A stretch of DNA of 64,000 nucleotides from Lepidodermella squamata (Eukaryota > Animalia > Gastrotricha): positions 1,736,001-1,800,000 of the forward strand of contig JBLDXI010000046.1 of assembly GCA_047495785.1 (NCBI GenBank). The letters are read 5' to 3'. Below are positions 51,990 through 63,652 of this stretch, in pieces. Both the position numbers and the translations under genes were made by a program. Each line of letters opens with the position of its first letter. Position 1 is the stretch's first letter. A model generated the notes under the pieces. It was given only the letters and a program-made list of their open reading frames with translations. It searched no databases and was not told where the DNA came from.

Positions 51990-54900
51990 ATGCGTAAGAT
52001 CAAATTTTCGATTCATTACCGGTTATTCCACGACCATAGAAGGCCAGAGAAGCAATCTAGGTAAAATGGAGTTGAATTTTTGACAATTTTTATACATCTT
52101 CAACATTTGTTCGTTATTACAGATTACATGAGATGGTTCTCCGTGTCTAGCCTATAGCCCATTGTTCCTCATGGCAACACTATTCCTAATCAATCTGAAT
52201 CAGAGTGATCAGGCTGAAAGTATGAATGTGGAATGAATGTAGCGCATGATTCATGCTTATGATATTCAGCAAGTACACTTTCAACGGCTTCGAATGACAT
52301 ATATAGACTGAGAAGTTTTTCCGTTCCTCTTTGTTTTCTCCATTCTCATACTTGCCCCACTTATGAGCTTGCCTTTCCAGGTTGCTTGAGCGTCTATAAT
52401 GATACTATTGCGACAAAAAAACTCGACGCGAATACATTTACATTACAAGGCATCATCTCATCTCCATCAAACCAGTCATTAATATCATTTAAGCTTACCG
52501 ATGAGCAAGTAATCTCGAAAGATGATTATTTTTTCCCCGCATAATAGACGGACCTGGTAGAAAACAGCGCTCCTGATAATAATACCTGCAGACAATGTAT
52601 GAAGCCCTCAGAAAGGCGCAGTATCGTGACTTCTGCCGTGTAAAGTTATGCATTGCATTTATAATATCGTGACGTCAAATAATAGGAAGGGCGCGGTTGT
52701 TACCGGCATATTAAAAAAGCGACTCTTTATTGCATTGTTCCAGCGCTCATCGTTAAATGGTACCGGATGCGCGATTGAGACTGGGGCGGAGGCGCGTGTG
52801 TTATTTAGCATTGCCACCATTTTTATTTTGCGATTGCCGGCGTGAAACGTAAACACTGAACACACACAGGAGCACAAGGTTGGCCATTAAAAAGCAGCAC
52901 AATGCTGGGAAGATAATATCCAAGGCTACGCGCTCGGCATGCAGCGATCTTCGGTATCTTTCTGGACTGCATAGCTTTCGCATTACAGAGCGAGCGCGAG
53001 AGCGCCGTACATGATCGCATGCGTATAACGCGCATGGCGCAGTGTTTATGTATGTACGGGACGGCTGCGGCGCAGAAATGCGCGCCCGAACGCGCCACGC
53101 AATGATGTGCGCACAGGCTGCGCATAGATACGCTCGGGAGCCTTATAACGTTTTGCGCGTGTTATGCATAGCATGCCATAAAGAACATGGATATTAACGA
53201 TAAAGGTGTACCCCTGCTAATAATAACGCAGGTAATATTATTATTGTTTTCTGCGAGTCTTCAATACCTCTATCTCTCTCGCGCCTACTATACCGATGTA
53301 TAGTCTGATGCTGCGCGATAATAAAATACATCAGCAGCAGCTAGACTTTACCTCGGTTTCAGCACGCACCCGTCCAAGTGCAGGCAAGGAAGTCGTTATT
53401 CCGCTTATTATTTAGGCCTTCGGTATTTATACCGGCTTATTTAAATCAAGATTAGATTCTCTTTCTCGGTGGTATAGCGGGCGATAGAGCAATAACAGCA
53501 GCGCCTTTATACACACATTATTGTATACAATAATAATAATAATAATAACGGTAATAACACGCCCAGTGATATGAAGATTCGCAGAAATACGTGTAGATTC
53601 GGCTATGCGTTATTATTATATTAAACCGTAGGTGGGCTTATTCGAGGCAAAAATTCCTGCGAACTGACTGCGGCCATAATCTACCAATCAAGCAACGGGA
53701 AGACGATCAACTATCATCGCGGCGAATGCCCTTGGTTCGCGTTGTTCCTTACCTGATGTAATGTGGTGGCGGCAAAGCGCCGCGCCCGACGCCGAACTCG
53801 AATCGGTGTAAAGAACGCAGCAACAGCTACAGCGCCGGCTTCGGCCCCAGATCACGCGCAGCCGGGCCTCATTATCTTTCGATTTTTGCAGCGCAGTTTC
53901 ATGCCCGCGTAAAATAGCCGCGGGTACCTACCGATATCCGCTGTCTATTAATTTTATTAGAAATTTCGAAAGTTCCTTGATTTTCACCACTGCTATTTTG
54001 TTATTTACATTTTTTGTGCACTTTCATCGCAATCTAGGTTTCTTTTTCAAGTTTCAAAACTGGGTGACCGCGCGCGATCCGAACGTGCCTCCGTGGCACG
54101 CTTTACGACGACGACCATCACGTCGGGCACCGGCGGCACGACTAGCCGTACGACCACGTCGAATGTATCGAGCCTGCTCGATGCCGACACCGGTTCCAAG
54201 ACACGCTACGTCTACCGCGGCCTCTCGCCAACCAGTGAGAGCCGCTTGCAGCACCGCCTGAAAGAGCTCGAAGAGAACCTCGACTTTGAGCGCAATGAGC
54301 GCCTTCGGGTAATTTCCCGCACTGATTTTAACGAGCATTCGTGCTTATACTGAGATTTATGCTTTCAGGCTGAGCGCAACTCTCAGGATTTGCAGACTCA
54401 ACTTGAAATTCTGCAAGATCAACTTTCTGAAGCATCCGGTCTTAGCTCTGCCCATGTAAGCGTGACAAATTAATTCTGAATAATTCATATGACTTAAATT
54501 GTTGCTAATCGACAGAGCGAAGCTGTGAAAAAGCGCGAGAGCGACATTTTGCGCCTGCGCAAGGAAGTCGAGCTGGCAAATGCCAATGCCGAAGAAGTTG
54601 CCTCGCATGCCAAGAGACAGGCCCAGGCGCAACTTGCCGAACTGCAGGACCAGGCCGATCATGCTAACAAGGCGAAGCACAAGGTCGAGAAGGAACGCCA
54701 GAACTTGCTTATCGAAATCGACAGCCTCATGTCTCAGCTGGACGCCACCAACAAGTCAAAGCTGGCGGCTGAGACTAAGCTGGACTCTGTTGAGTCACAG
54801 GTTTGTGAAACCTTGTCCGCGTAAAATCTAGGTCAAATTTCAAACATTCAACCATTTTTTAGCTGCGCAGCGCCCGTGCCCAGAACGAAGAACTGCAGCA

Positions 54901-57420
54901 CTTGGTTGCTGATGCCACCAACATCAAGGCGCGTCTGACTCAGGAGAACTTCGAGCTCCAGCGTCAAGCTCATGAGTTCGAGTCTCAGGCCTTGAACCTG
55001 GCCAAGACCAAGCAGGTTCTGCAGCAGACTCTCGACGATTGCAAGACTCGTCTTGATGAAGAATTGCGCGTAAGATATTTAAATTTATAATTGAGAGGTA
55101 AACTCTCGATTTTTAACCCAGAACCGCAGCACCTTATTGGCTCAGCTCTCGAATGCCCAAGCCGATCTTGACAGCGCTCTGTCTCGTCTGGCCGAGGAGC
55201 AGGAATCATCAAACAGCCTTCGCTCTCAGGTAAAGATACAGTTTTGCTAATTGAGCGCTTCGAAGTTTTCGTCCGCCTTTCCAGGTCAATCGTCTGTCCA
55301 CCGAGCTTCAACAACTGCGCAGCAAGTACGAGAAGGAACTCATGGCCAAGCTGGAAGAACTGGAAGAGTCGAAGCGTCGCCTTACTGCTCGCATCGCCGA
55401 ACTCGAAAGCGATCTTGAGCGCGAACACTCGCGCGCCAGCAACGCCGAGAAGGCCAAGAGCAAGTTGACCATCGAGGTGCGCGAACTTACCATCGAAATT
55501 GAGAAGGTGAGCAAAGACATTTGATTATAGTTTTAGCAATCTAAGGTTGCTTGCTTTTCATTCAGATCAACGGCGCTTTGAGCGAGGCCCTTCGCCGCGC
55601 TCACACTGCCGAGAAGGAGGTCGAGCTTTCGCGTGTCCGCATTTCGGACTTGGAGCGCGATTTGCAGCGCGCTGCTGCCGATAACGCTTCGTTGGCCGAG
55701 GAGATCAAACGCCTGCGTGTTGACAACTCGAACTTGAGCGACCGATTGTCCGCAGCCGAGCGCGAGAACAAGAGCCTCGCCGACCAGCTTGTTGAATCGC
55801 GCGACCACGCTCGCGAACTCAACCGTCAACTTACCGAGCTGGCTGCCATTCGTGTTCAGCTGGAACGCGAGCGCGATGCCTTGGCTAGCGCTATGCGCGA
55901 GGCTGAACTCGCTGTTAAGGAGCTTGAGGCCAAGTACAACTCTGCCCAACAGGCTTTCCAGCACGCCAAAGCCGAACTCGAGGCGAAGCTCCGCGCCAAG
56001 GAAGATGAGCTCGAATCACTCCGGTAAGTTATATTTGAATGAGGAGTGCTATTCCGATGAATCTATAGATATAGTCAAATTTGTAGATGAGAACTTGCTA
56101 GATTGCAATTATACCTTGAAAATGATGATTTTGCGATTTTTCTATTTTTGCGATTTTTCTAGCCGCCAAACCGAACGCACCATTCAGGAACTGCACTCGC
56201 AGTTGGTCGAAATCGAAACGCGCTACAAGGGCGAACTGTCGCGCTTGCGCAAGAAGTTTGAAGCTGACTTGCACGAGTTGGAACATCAGTTGGACGCTGC
56301 GAACCGCAACGCCGCCCAGGCCATTAAGGATCTGGCTATTACTCAGAAGCGCCTAACCGAAGTGACCTTGTCGTGGGAGGAAGAGCGCCGCCTGCACGAG
56401 GAGACGCGCACCCAGTTGACCGTCGCTGAGAAGCGTCGTCTGGCTCTGCAGAGCGAAGTCGATGAAGTTCGCACGCTCTACGAAAACGTAAGTCATCGCA
56501 TAGAATGGTTCAATCAGTAAATTAATGCCTTATATTTCAGGCTGAGCGCGCCCGCAAATCGGCTGAAAACGAGGCTCACGAAGCCCACTCTCGCGTGTCG
56601 GAGCTTACCAACCAGATTACGATTTCCTTGAACGAGCGTCGTCGCCTCGAGGGCGAACTGTCCGCGGCTAATGCCGAGGTCGACTTGGCTCACAACAGCC
56701 AACGCGAGGCTCAGGATCGCGCTGATCGCCTGCAGGCCGATGTTAACCGGCTGTACGATGAGCTGCGCCAGGAGCAGGAGAACTACAAGCACGCCGAGAA
56801 CCTGCGTAAGCAGCTTGAGGTCGAGCTGCGCGAGCTTACCGTCAAGCTCGAGGAGGCTGAGGCGTATGCCCAGCGCGAGGGCAAGAAGGCTGTCGCTCGC
56901 CTTACTCAGCGCGTCCGCGAGCTGGAGGCTGAGCTCGAAATCGAGCAGCGCAACCACCGGTCTGCCGACGCTGCGTGGCGTAAGGTCGACCGTCAACTCA
57001 AGGAGGTACAGCAGGCCGCCGAGGAAGATCGCCGTGTTGTTGTCGAGCTGCAAGACCTTGTCGACAAGCTGCAACAACGCAACCGCCAAATTAAGAAGCA
57101 GCTCGAGGAAGCTGTGAGTTTTTTGTGTTTAGGCATAAGAAAATATTTACGCTGCATCTGTAGTTCAACTGTTCCCACCTCTATACTCAAAGATACCATT
57201 CGATTTATTAAAATTATACATTTTCATTTTACAGGAGGAAGCGACCAACATCACCCTGGCTAAATATCGCAAACTGCAGGCTGAGCTTGAAGAAGCCGAA
57301 CACCGAGCTGACGTTGCCGAGAAGAACGCATCGATCATGCGCACCCGCCGCCACTCGATGTCGGTCGGCCGTGACACCGTCCGCGAAACCATCACCAACG
57401 TGCGAGTCGTTCGCATTTGA
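51990..57420 (+). CDS. Prm: Paramyosin (invertebrate thick-filament core); coding exons firm from 54052 to the stop at 57420; start codon inferred at 51990
   Basis: VYRGLSP..RLKELEENLDFER..RAER, RLTQENFEL, ELRQEQENYKHAENLRKQLEVELRELTVKLEEAEA, KYRKLQAELEEAEHRADVAE match flatworm/mollusc paramyosin. No in-frame ATG near 54052, so an upstream start exon is required. Confidence 0.92.
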
Positions 57421-59404
57421 GCGGCGTCAAAGATGACTCGAAAAAACCATTTTTAGGCTAATTTATTTTTCAATTTGAACATAAATACTTATACATATAC
57501 TTATATAATTGTTAATCAAGTTGGATCGCGAGCGCTTATACTATATGACCAGTTAAGTGAATCTCATGTGTATGCTGCCTGATGAAGTCGTATTATATGA
57601 CAGAACTCGTCGACTAATTTATGAGATGGATGCTTGGAAGTTAGAAATTTTGAAAATTGGACTCGCCAGTTTTGTTCGATAAATACTCATAGATATCAGC
57701 GGCTTAAAATACTCTTTCCGTCCTACGCTACTAGGAAGTCAACCACAACCGTGTGAGCTCTGTTGATTCATCACTACTCTAATGAGTTTTATTAATGTTG
57801 AAGTTTGACTATACATAACTCTTACTGTCTTTTGTTGCTTCGATGTTTATGATATCGCTGCCATAAATGAAACCGATACGTGCTTGGTGAAGCTATTTCA
57901 TTAACAGTTACATTTGCAGTCGTTCAATGCTTGGTGCTTGCTATTTTTTGTCAAGTTATTGATATCTCTATATGTTGAGATCGCACAAGTTGCTTTACTC
58001 GCAGAACCCGATGGAAGCTTGACGAATCACTTTATATTGGAAACGGACGTTATTTTCTGATCAGGGAACCAGCAACAGAGCGAAAAGTACTCCACATTTT
58101 AGAAGAAATTTCCACTCAAGAAAACTATAGACTATGTCGGCATAACCTTCGCCTTCAGTAATGCAAACCTTATTACGGGTGCTGGTTTACTACGCGCTCG
58201 ATGAAATGTTCAAAACTGCCACTGGCGTGTTATTATTTCAAATTATTTCAAATACAAGAGAGTTAATGGGAGATAAAAAATGTACATACTTGGGTGAACA
58301 ACCAACTTTCGCAGAGAGGACAACGGAGAAGGCGAATTGTTGAGTACTTTTCACTCTTCTACTATGGTTTCTCCTCCTCTCTTTACTTTTTCCTTTTCCG
58401 TGCCAAAATGGTTGGTTGGAATGAATGGCTAAATCAGTCAGATCATTGAAGGACTACTAAAATATGCCTGTTGCGAAAGCGAATAGCTACCATCTCGGCG
58501 TAAAATGCGTGAAATAAAAACAAAAATAAAAGGAATATTACTGAATTAATACCAACATCATTATTACCTATTTTATACCTGCATTTATTCTATTCCGATT
58601 GACCGGTGCTAGCTCGAGAAGGCACCAGCTAGTATCAAATGCAAATTGCAAATTACATGTGCAATAACAACAAATATTATTTTTCGATGGAGTCCCACGT
58701 GTAATGCAATGCACAGAGGGTTTTTTATTCGCGGCATAGTGACGCCGAAATTGCGTGTCAAGAAAAATCTGAAAAATCAGAACTTGTCGTTCCTCCAGCG
58801 AAACCGGCTCCTTTTTCGCCTACTGCCCTCATTTACCAAACCAACCTCGAATACAAAAAATCAGCTTGTAAGACCTATTCTTGCAGACTACTCTATTCTT
58901 AGATTTTATCTTGCGATGCAATTTCAGCGTCTCTATGGCAACAGAAAATACAGCTACAGCTATAGTTTTTTGCTTTCGAAAATTCGCTACAGAGCGAAAC
59001 GAACATGTTTTTTATCGTCCTTCTCTTTCCTGGCACAATTTTTCTAGAAATAATTTAGATGCAACCAACAACAATATAAAAATCAAGGTAAAATTAAAAA
59101 CCAAGAATAACAGGAAAAGATAAGGCGCGAGCAGAGGGTGAACAAGCGCTTGTCAGAGACAGTGCGCAGGCGACGATAGTGAGAAGGCACATTGGAGAAT
59201 TTATCACGGAATATGGGAGATTTACCTGACAAATTAACAAAAATACGACACAGAACGGTTTGAAAGACACAGAGAAATAGGAGACGGCGACAAGGTGAGA
59301 ACAACAGGTTGAGAGAGGCAGGAGAGAACTGACGGAAGGCAGAAAGACACAGAGGACAAGAATCACATGGGAGCAGGAAGCGGGCCCTGTGGCAGACGAG
59401 AGTT

Positions 59405-60660
59405 CAGAATAAAAAAATTCTCACTTTTGGTATGTCAAAATAATTCATAGTTTCTCGGACCTTCCAATACATTTGGATTAAGCGCATTGCGATTGTATTG
59501 TCGGGTCCGCTGATAGCGTAAATATAGTTGAAAACCATGTGCGATGAACGGAAAGGTTCCAGGTCGGTTCCAAATGACCTAGTTTGATTTTGATGTTTTG
59601 TAATGAAGCATTTCGAAATTTTCTTAAATTCTCGGATCTTCATGGGATTTTTGACTGTTGGAATGAAAATAGTACAATCGGGTCAACCTAGCATGATTAT
59701 GTGGTCAAAACTTTGGCAGAGTGAACAAAAAAGATTCCAGATCAATTCCAAGCGACCTACTTCGGACTTCAGATTTTCACTTCTGGCATCTCAAAATACA
59801 AAATACTACATTATTCCTCGGATTTTCAAGCGCTGGTCGATTAATCGAACGGAAAAGATCCGCTAATGACGATTATGTGTTTGAAAACCATGCACGGTGA
59901 AGAGAAAAGGATCCAGATCGATCCAAAATGACCTACTTTGAGTTTGAAATTTTCACGGTTGATCTTTCAAATGTCATGTCAATGTCAAACGCCAATATGT
60001 GAGTAATTTACAAGAATCGTGCTATCAGGCCTGCTGATAACGATTACGTGGTTGGAAACCATGTATGGTGAAGGGAAAAGTTTCCAGATCGATGAGAAAC
60101 GGCCTATTTTGATTCGATCTGGTCACGGCTGACCGTTCAAATTTCACCTCAACTTGTCGTATTCTGATCCGATTGGTGAAAAATTTACAGTCAGCTGATG
60201 ACGAATATCAAGTCGGATCAAGACGGCTGTCGACAATAAAGATTCCGGAGCGAACTAAATTCATCTATTTCGAAATTGAGATTTTCATTTTTGGCATTTC
60301 AAAATAATTCATAATTTCTCGGATCTTCAGTCAAATGTCGATTAATTGCATGGAAATAGTATTATCGGGTCCGTTGATGACGGAAACGCGGTCGAAAACC
60401 ATGTGCGGTGAAGGGAAAAGGTTCCAGATCGGTTCCAGATGACCTACTTTGAAATTTAAAATGTCACTTATGGAGGTTCAAATTCTTCAACAATTCCGGT
60501 GATAATGAGTTAACTTTTGATAAATCGCAAAGAATATGTAAAACAGGGTCCGCTGATCACGGAAATCATGTCCAAAACGGGGTACGTCTAATATTAAGGG
60601 TTCCAGAATTTTTACGTGACCTGTTGGATCATATTTAAAATCCACTTTTGTAAATTTACT
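59405..60660. repeat. Diverged tandem array, ~170-179 bp period, ~7 copies
   Basis: Motif AAAACCATG..GTGAA..AAAAGGTTCCAGATCG..ATGACCTACTTTGA recurs at ~59531, 59707, 59884, 60056, (~60230 degenerate), 60395 and 60574. Confidence 0.85.
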
Positions 60661-60982
60661 TGCTCATTTTTTTCGCTTAATAAGTTACCCGCTGAATACG
60701 ATTAGCATATCGAGGTGCCCCTTTCGTTGTGCGAAAGCGGAATAGGTAATTAACTATGAGCACTTTTTACCTCCGGTTGAAAGCCCTTGAAAAACATTGT
60801 GGTTAATAGCAATCATGGAGCCACTAATCTAGTGCTGCTAAAAGTTCTGTTTTGGATCTACATTATAGGCTTTCCCATAAGCTTACTCTAATAATTAATT
60901 ACCAATATTGTTTTTACCTAGACAATTTATCAATTTTTTGGGCTCTTTGATATCGAGGCAGAAGACGATCGATACATTGGAA

Positions 60983-63652
60983 ATGATAAGTTTTCCTCTA
61001 ATAACGTTTTTGTTGTTCTGCTGCGCCCATTTCACGCTATGCTATCGGCCATCTACCATTCAATCATCAAATGCATGTGATACGCCGTGTAAAATATATA
61101 AGCCTTGGTTTTCAGCTGATTATTTCTACTGCTTTGTCGAACCTGTTGATTCAATTTACGGCGGCAAATTTGTCATCGAAGAACGGCACTACTGCTCTCC
61201 TCTAGAAAATGTCGACTTTCATGGAAATGCATGCAAACGGGACCATCCTTGTGGCTATCATGGCGAAGACTATACATGGTGTTATTTATCGGAAGGTTCC
61301 TGGGGTTATTGCTCTTTAGGCAACGTTTCATCGACGCCAATTGTTGCCGACAACGGATATTACTGCTCCTCCACTTCAGAGTGTAAAGGTCCTGACTTTC
61401 ATTGTTCCACTCGTAACGGTAGAGAGACAAGCAGCTGTGAACCAGGCAAAACAGATCATGTATGGGAGGACATCACGCTTTCTAAATGCTCTGTTGGTAA
61501 TCCCGGTTTTGCCATCTATAGTGCTCGACTGTCTATATTTGACGAGAAACCAATTTTGAGTTTGCCGCTATGCGACACGTTCCCGAATATAATGCTAGCT
61601 GATGGAAGAAATATTGGTCGCCATTTTCAATGCGGCCTTGAAAACTATAAAGATGTTATTGCGGAGTTTGAGACACCCTTTGATGTAGCGCTAGACCCGA
61701 AGTCAATTAGCAAAACAGATTCATCCTGTTACAGCAATGAGTGGGACGACACTTGCTCTGATCAAGATTCTGCCACAGGTCTGAGTCGCCCTAAAAGATC
61801 CCAAAAATGCCCTGGAGGCGATCAAAACACCGATTACTATTCAATCTCAGTCATACTGGCATTGATTCAGGCTCTCATAAACCAAAATCAACAGCCTATT
61901 TCACCCGAAAGCATACAAACACCTCGTGTGACACCTCGTTATACCCACGATTTTGTCGGCATCGAACAGACATCGAATTCATTTCGATACAATGGTAGAT
62001 ACGTTTTCAGATTTTTGCGCAGTGATATTCAAGAGCAACACATACAAGCGAGAAGGAATGGCTATCAACGAAAGCCTGATGAAGGCGACGGTCGTAACGG
62101 CCTAAGACCAGCTAATCCCAACGCAAGGTATACGCTTTTCCAGCACGTTTCAAACGGAGGACTTTCAACGCAGTTTATTTCAACAACCACTGATTTTGGA
62201 CGAACGCTACGTTTAGCTGCAGATCAGGCTTTAGAATATTTTAGCTCAGAATCTGTCTTAAATAATGGTCGAGGATTCAGTCGGTACTTCGTACAAATCG
62301 ATACTCGTGACTTGATAATCAACGATCTAACTAACGTTGTAACGGCTGAACGCAGCCTATCTAGCATTTATACTCCTTACTACGACGCGTATAGCAGAGT
62401 CGTTCGTCTAGCACGCAGCTGGTCGGAAATTGTCATTGAAGGCGAAGTTCCCCCTGAAAACATTGCCGGGATATTTGAAGTTTGCGCCGTCAACAGTACT
62501 CATGTTGTTGTAGTAGTTCATCGTGAAAGTCACCGTGATCTAATGAGACGCGATGAGATGCCAAACACTGTTGTTTGCAAAGCGGAAGACTTGCCAGTAA
62601 CACTACAAAATGGCTGGTTTGAAACACGTGAAGACCGTATCCCCGGAACATCAACGGCTTTTCAATGCAATTTTGGTTTCATAAAGTCAGGAACTTCACT
62701 TCCGGTAATAAAATGCCTGCCCGATGGAACTTGGTCTTCATTGCCTATTTGCGAGTCGATCATTGGTAGATGGAGCACAGTTTTAAAAACTGAGGGTTTT
62801 GACGAAATAATTGCATATTCGAGAAGCTACCCAGCTAATTTCGAAACTTTGATGCCTCAATTGATGACTGAACTTCATAATTCGCATCATCTTCTCACTC
62901 GATTTTTGGCTTTTCTCCCGCAATTGAATGATCAGCCGTTCATTGTTGCCCTCGACGGCTTCAATGTGAATTTCAGAACCGCCTTTTCATGGGAGTACGA
63001 CACATTATCGGCTATCACAAAGCGAATAGACGAGATTCGCTACAACGACTTGCCTGAACGCTATAGATTGATAATGGCAAGTATTAAACGGCAACTTGGT
63101 AGCAGTTTTTCCTTCTTGTTCTTAGATGGTTTTGGTGACAATAAATGTGCTGCAGGTTCGCGTCAATTTGAAGTTGGTTACATTAAGTTTCCTGAAGGTT
63201 ACGCCTCTCGACGTTTACATCTTTGTTTGCGGGGCCAATTCGATCCAGAAGGAGCTTTCGGAGGCGTTTATCAGTCATGCCCCAGTGATGTAACGCACGC
63301 TAGTCGTCCAAATCCCGTCACTGGAAGTTACAACTGCCCGAACGGTACAACGAGTTCTATATCGTTCAGAGTGATGCCTGGCGATACACATCTTTGGTCG
63401 GGATGCACACAACACATATGCTTCAACTACGTTCCAGGTGGAAGCCTGGGAGGCTTTTATCAGATAGTTGATTTGAATGGCAAGAAAAACAACGTTGTTA
63501 ACCCAGTAACTGGACAATTCAATTGTCCCGACGGTTACGTCAGCAATAAGTTTGGCCGCGTAATGGCACCTGATTATTACACATGGGGAACAAATCAATT
63601 TATTTGCCTCCGGAAAATTCGGTCTTTGAACTTCGAACTTCAAAATTCATAA
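60983..63652 (+). CDS. Intronless secreted ~889-aa modular protein: signal peptide, Cys-rich repeats, furin site, R-S-E ADP-ribosyltransferase-like domain, Sushi/CCP, helical region, MPEG1-P2-like repeats
   Basis: Uninterrupted 2.7-kb ORF; signal peptide MISFPLITFLLFCCAHFTLC; VFRFLR..HV..QFISTTT..WSEIVIEGEVPPENI; C..LQNGW..PGTSTAFQCNFGF..C.PDGTWS..P.C; two GG.YQ..NPVTG..NCP.G repeats. Confidence 0.85.
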   Translation: MISFPLITFLLFCCAHFTLCYRPSTIQSSNACDTPCKIYKPWFSADYFYCFVEPVDSIYGGKFVIEERHYCSPLENVDFHGNACKRDHPCGYHGEDYTWCYLSEGSWGYCSLGNVSSTPIVADNGYYCSSTSECKGPDFHCSTRNGRETSSCEPGKTDHVWEDITLSKCSVGNPGFAIYSARLSIFDEKPILSLPLCDTFPNIMLADGRNIGRHFQCGLENYKDVIAEFETPFDVALDPKSISKTDSSCYSNEWDDTCSDQDSATGLSRPKRSQKCPGGDQNTDYYSISVILALIQALINQNQQPISPESIQTPRVTPRYTHDFVGIEQTSNSFRYNGRYVFRFLRSDIQEQHIQARRNGYQRKPDEGDGRNGLRPANPNARYTLFQHVSNGGLSTQFISTTTDFGRTLRLAADQALEYFSSESVLNNGRGFSRYFVQIDTRDLIINDLTNVVTAERSLSSIYTPYYDAYSRVVRLARSWSEIVIEGEVPPENIAGIFEVCAVNSTHVVVVVHRESHRDLMRRDEMPNTVVCKAEDLPVTLQNGWFETREDRIPGTSTAFQCNFGFIKSGTSLPVIKCLPDGTWSSLPICESIIGRWSTVLKTEGFDEIIAYSRSYPANFETLMPQLMTELHNSHHLLTRFLAFLPQLNDQPFIVALDGFNVNFRTAFSWEYDTLSAITKRIDEIRYNDLPERYRLIMASIKRQLGSSFSFLFLDGFGDNKCAAGSRQFEVGYIKFPEGYASRRLHLCLRGQFDPEGAFGGVYQSCPSDVTHASRPNPVTGSYNCPNGTTSSISFRVMPGDTHLWSGCTQHICFNYVPGGSLGGFYQIVDLNGKKNNVVNPVTGQFNCPDGYVSNKFGRVMAPDYYTWGTNQFICLRKIRSLNFELQNS

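Noticed and set aside
35497-57199. Long antisense or alternate-frame ORFs overlapping RBM26, LARP1, NAA15 and paramyosin
   Set aside because: Shadows of GC3-biased coding sequence; no independent evidence.
59405-60660. CRISPR-like array
   Set aside because: Eukaryotic context, ~175-bp period with similarity across whole units rather than unique spacers, and no cas genes.
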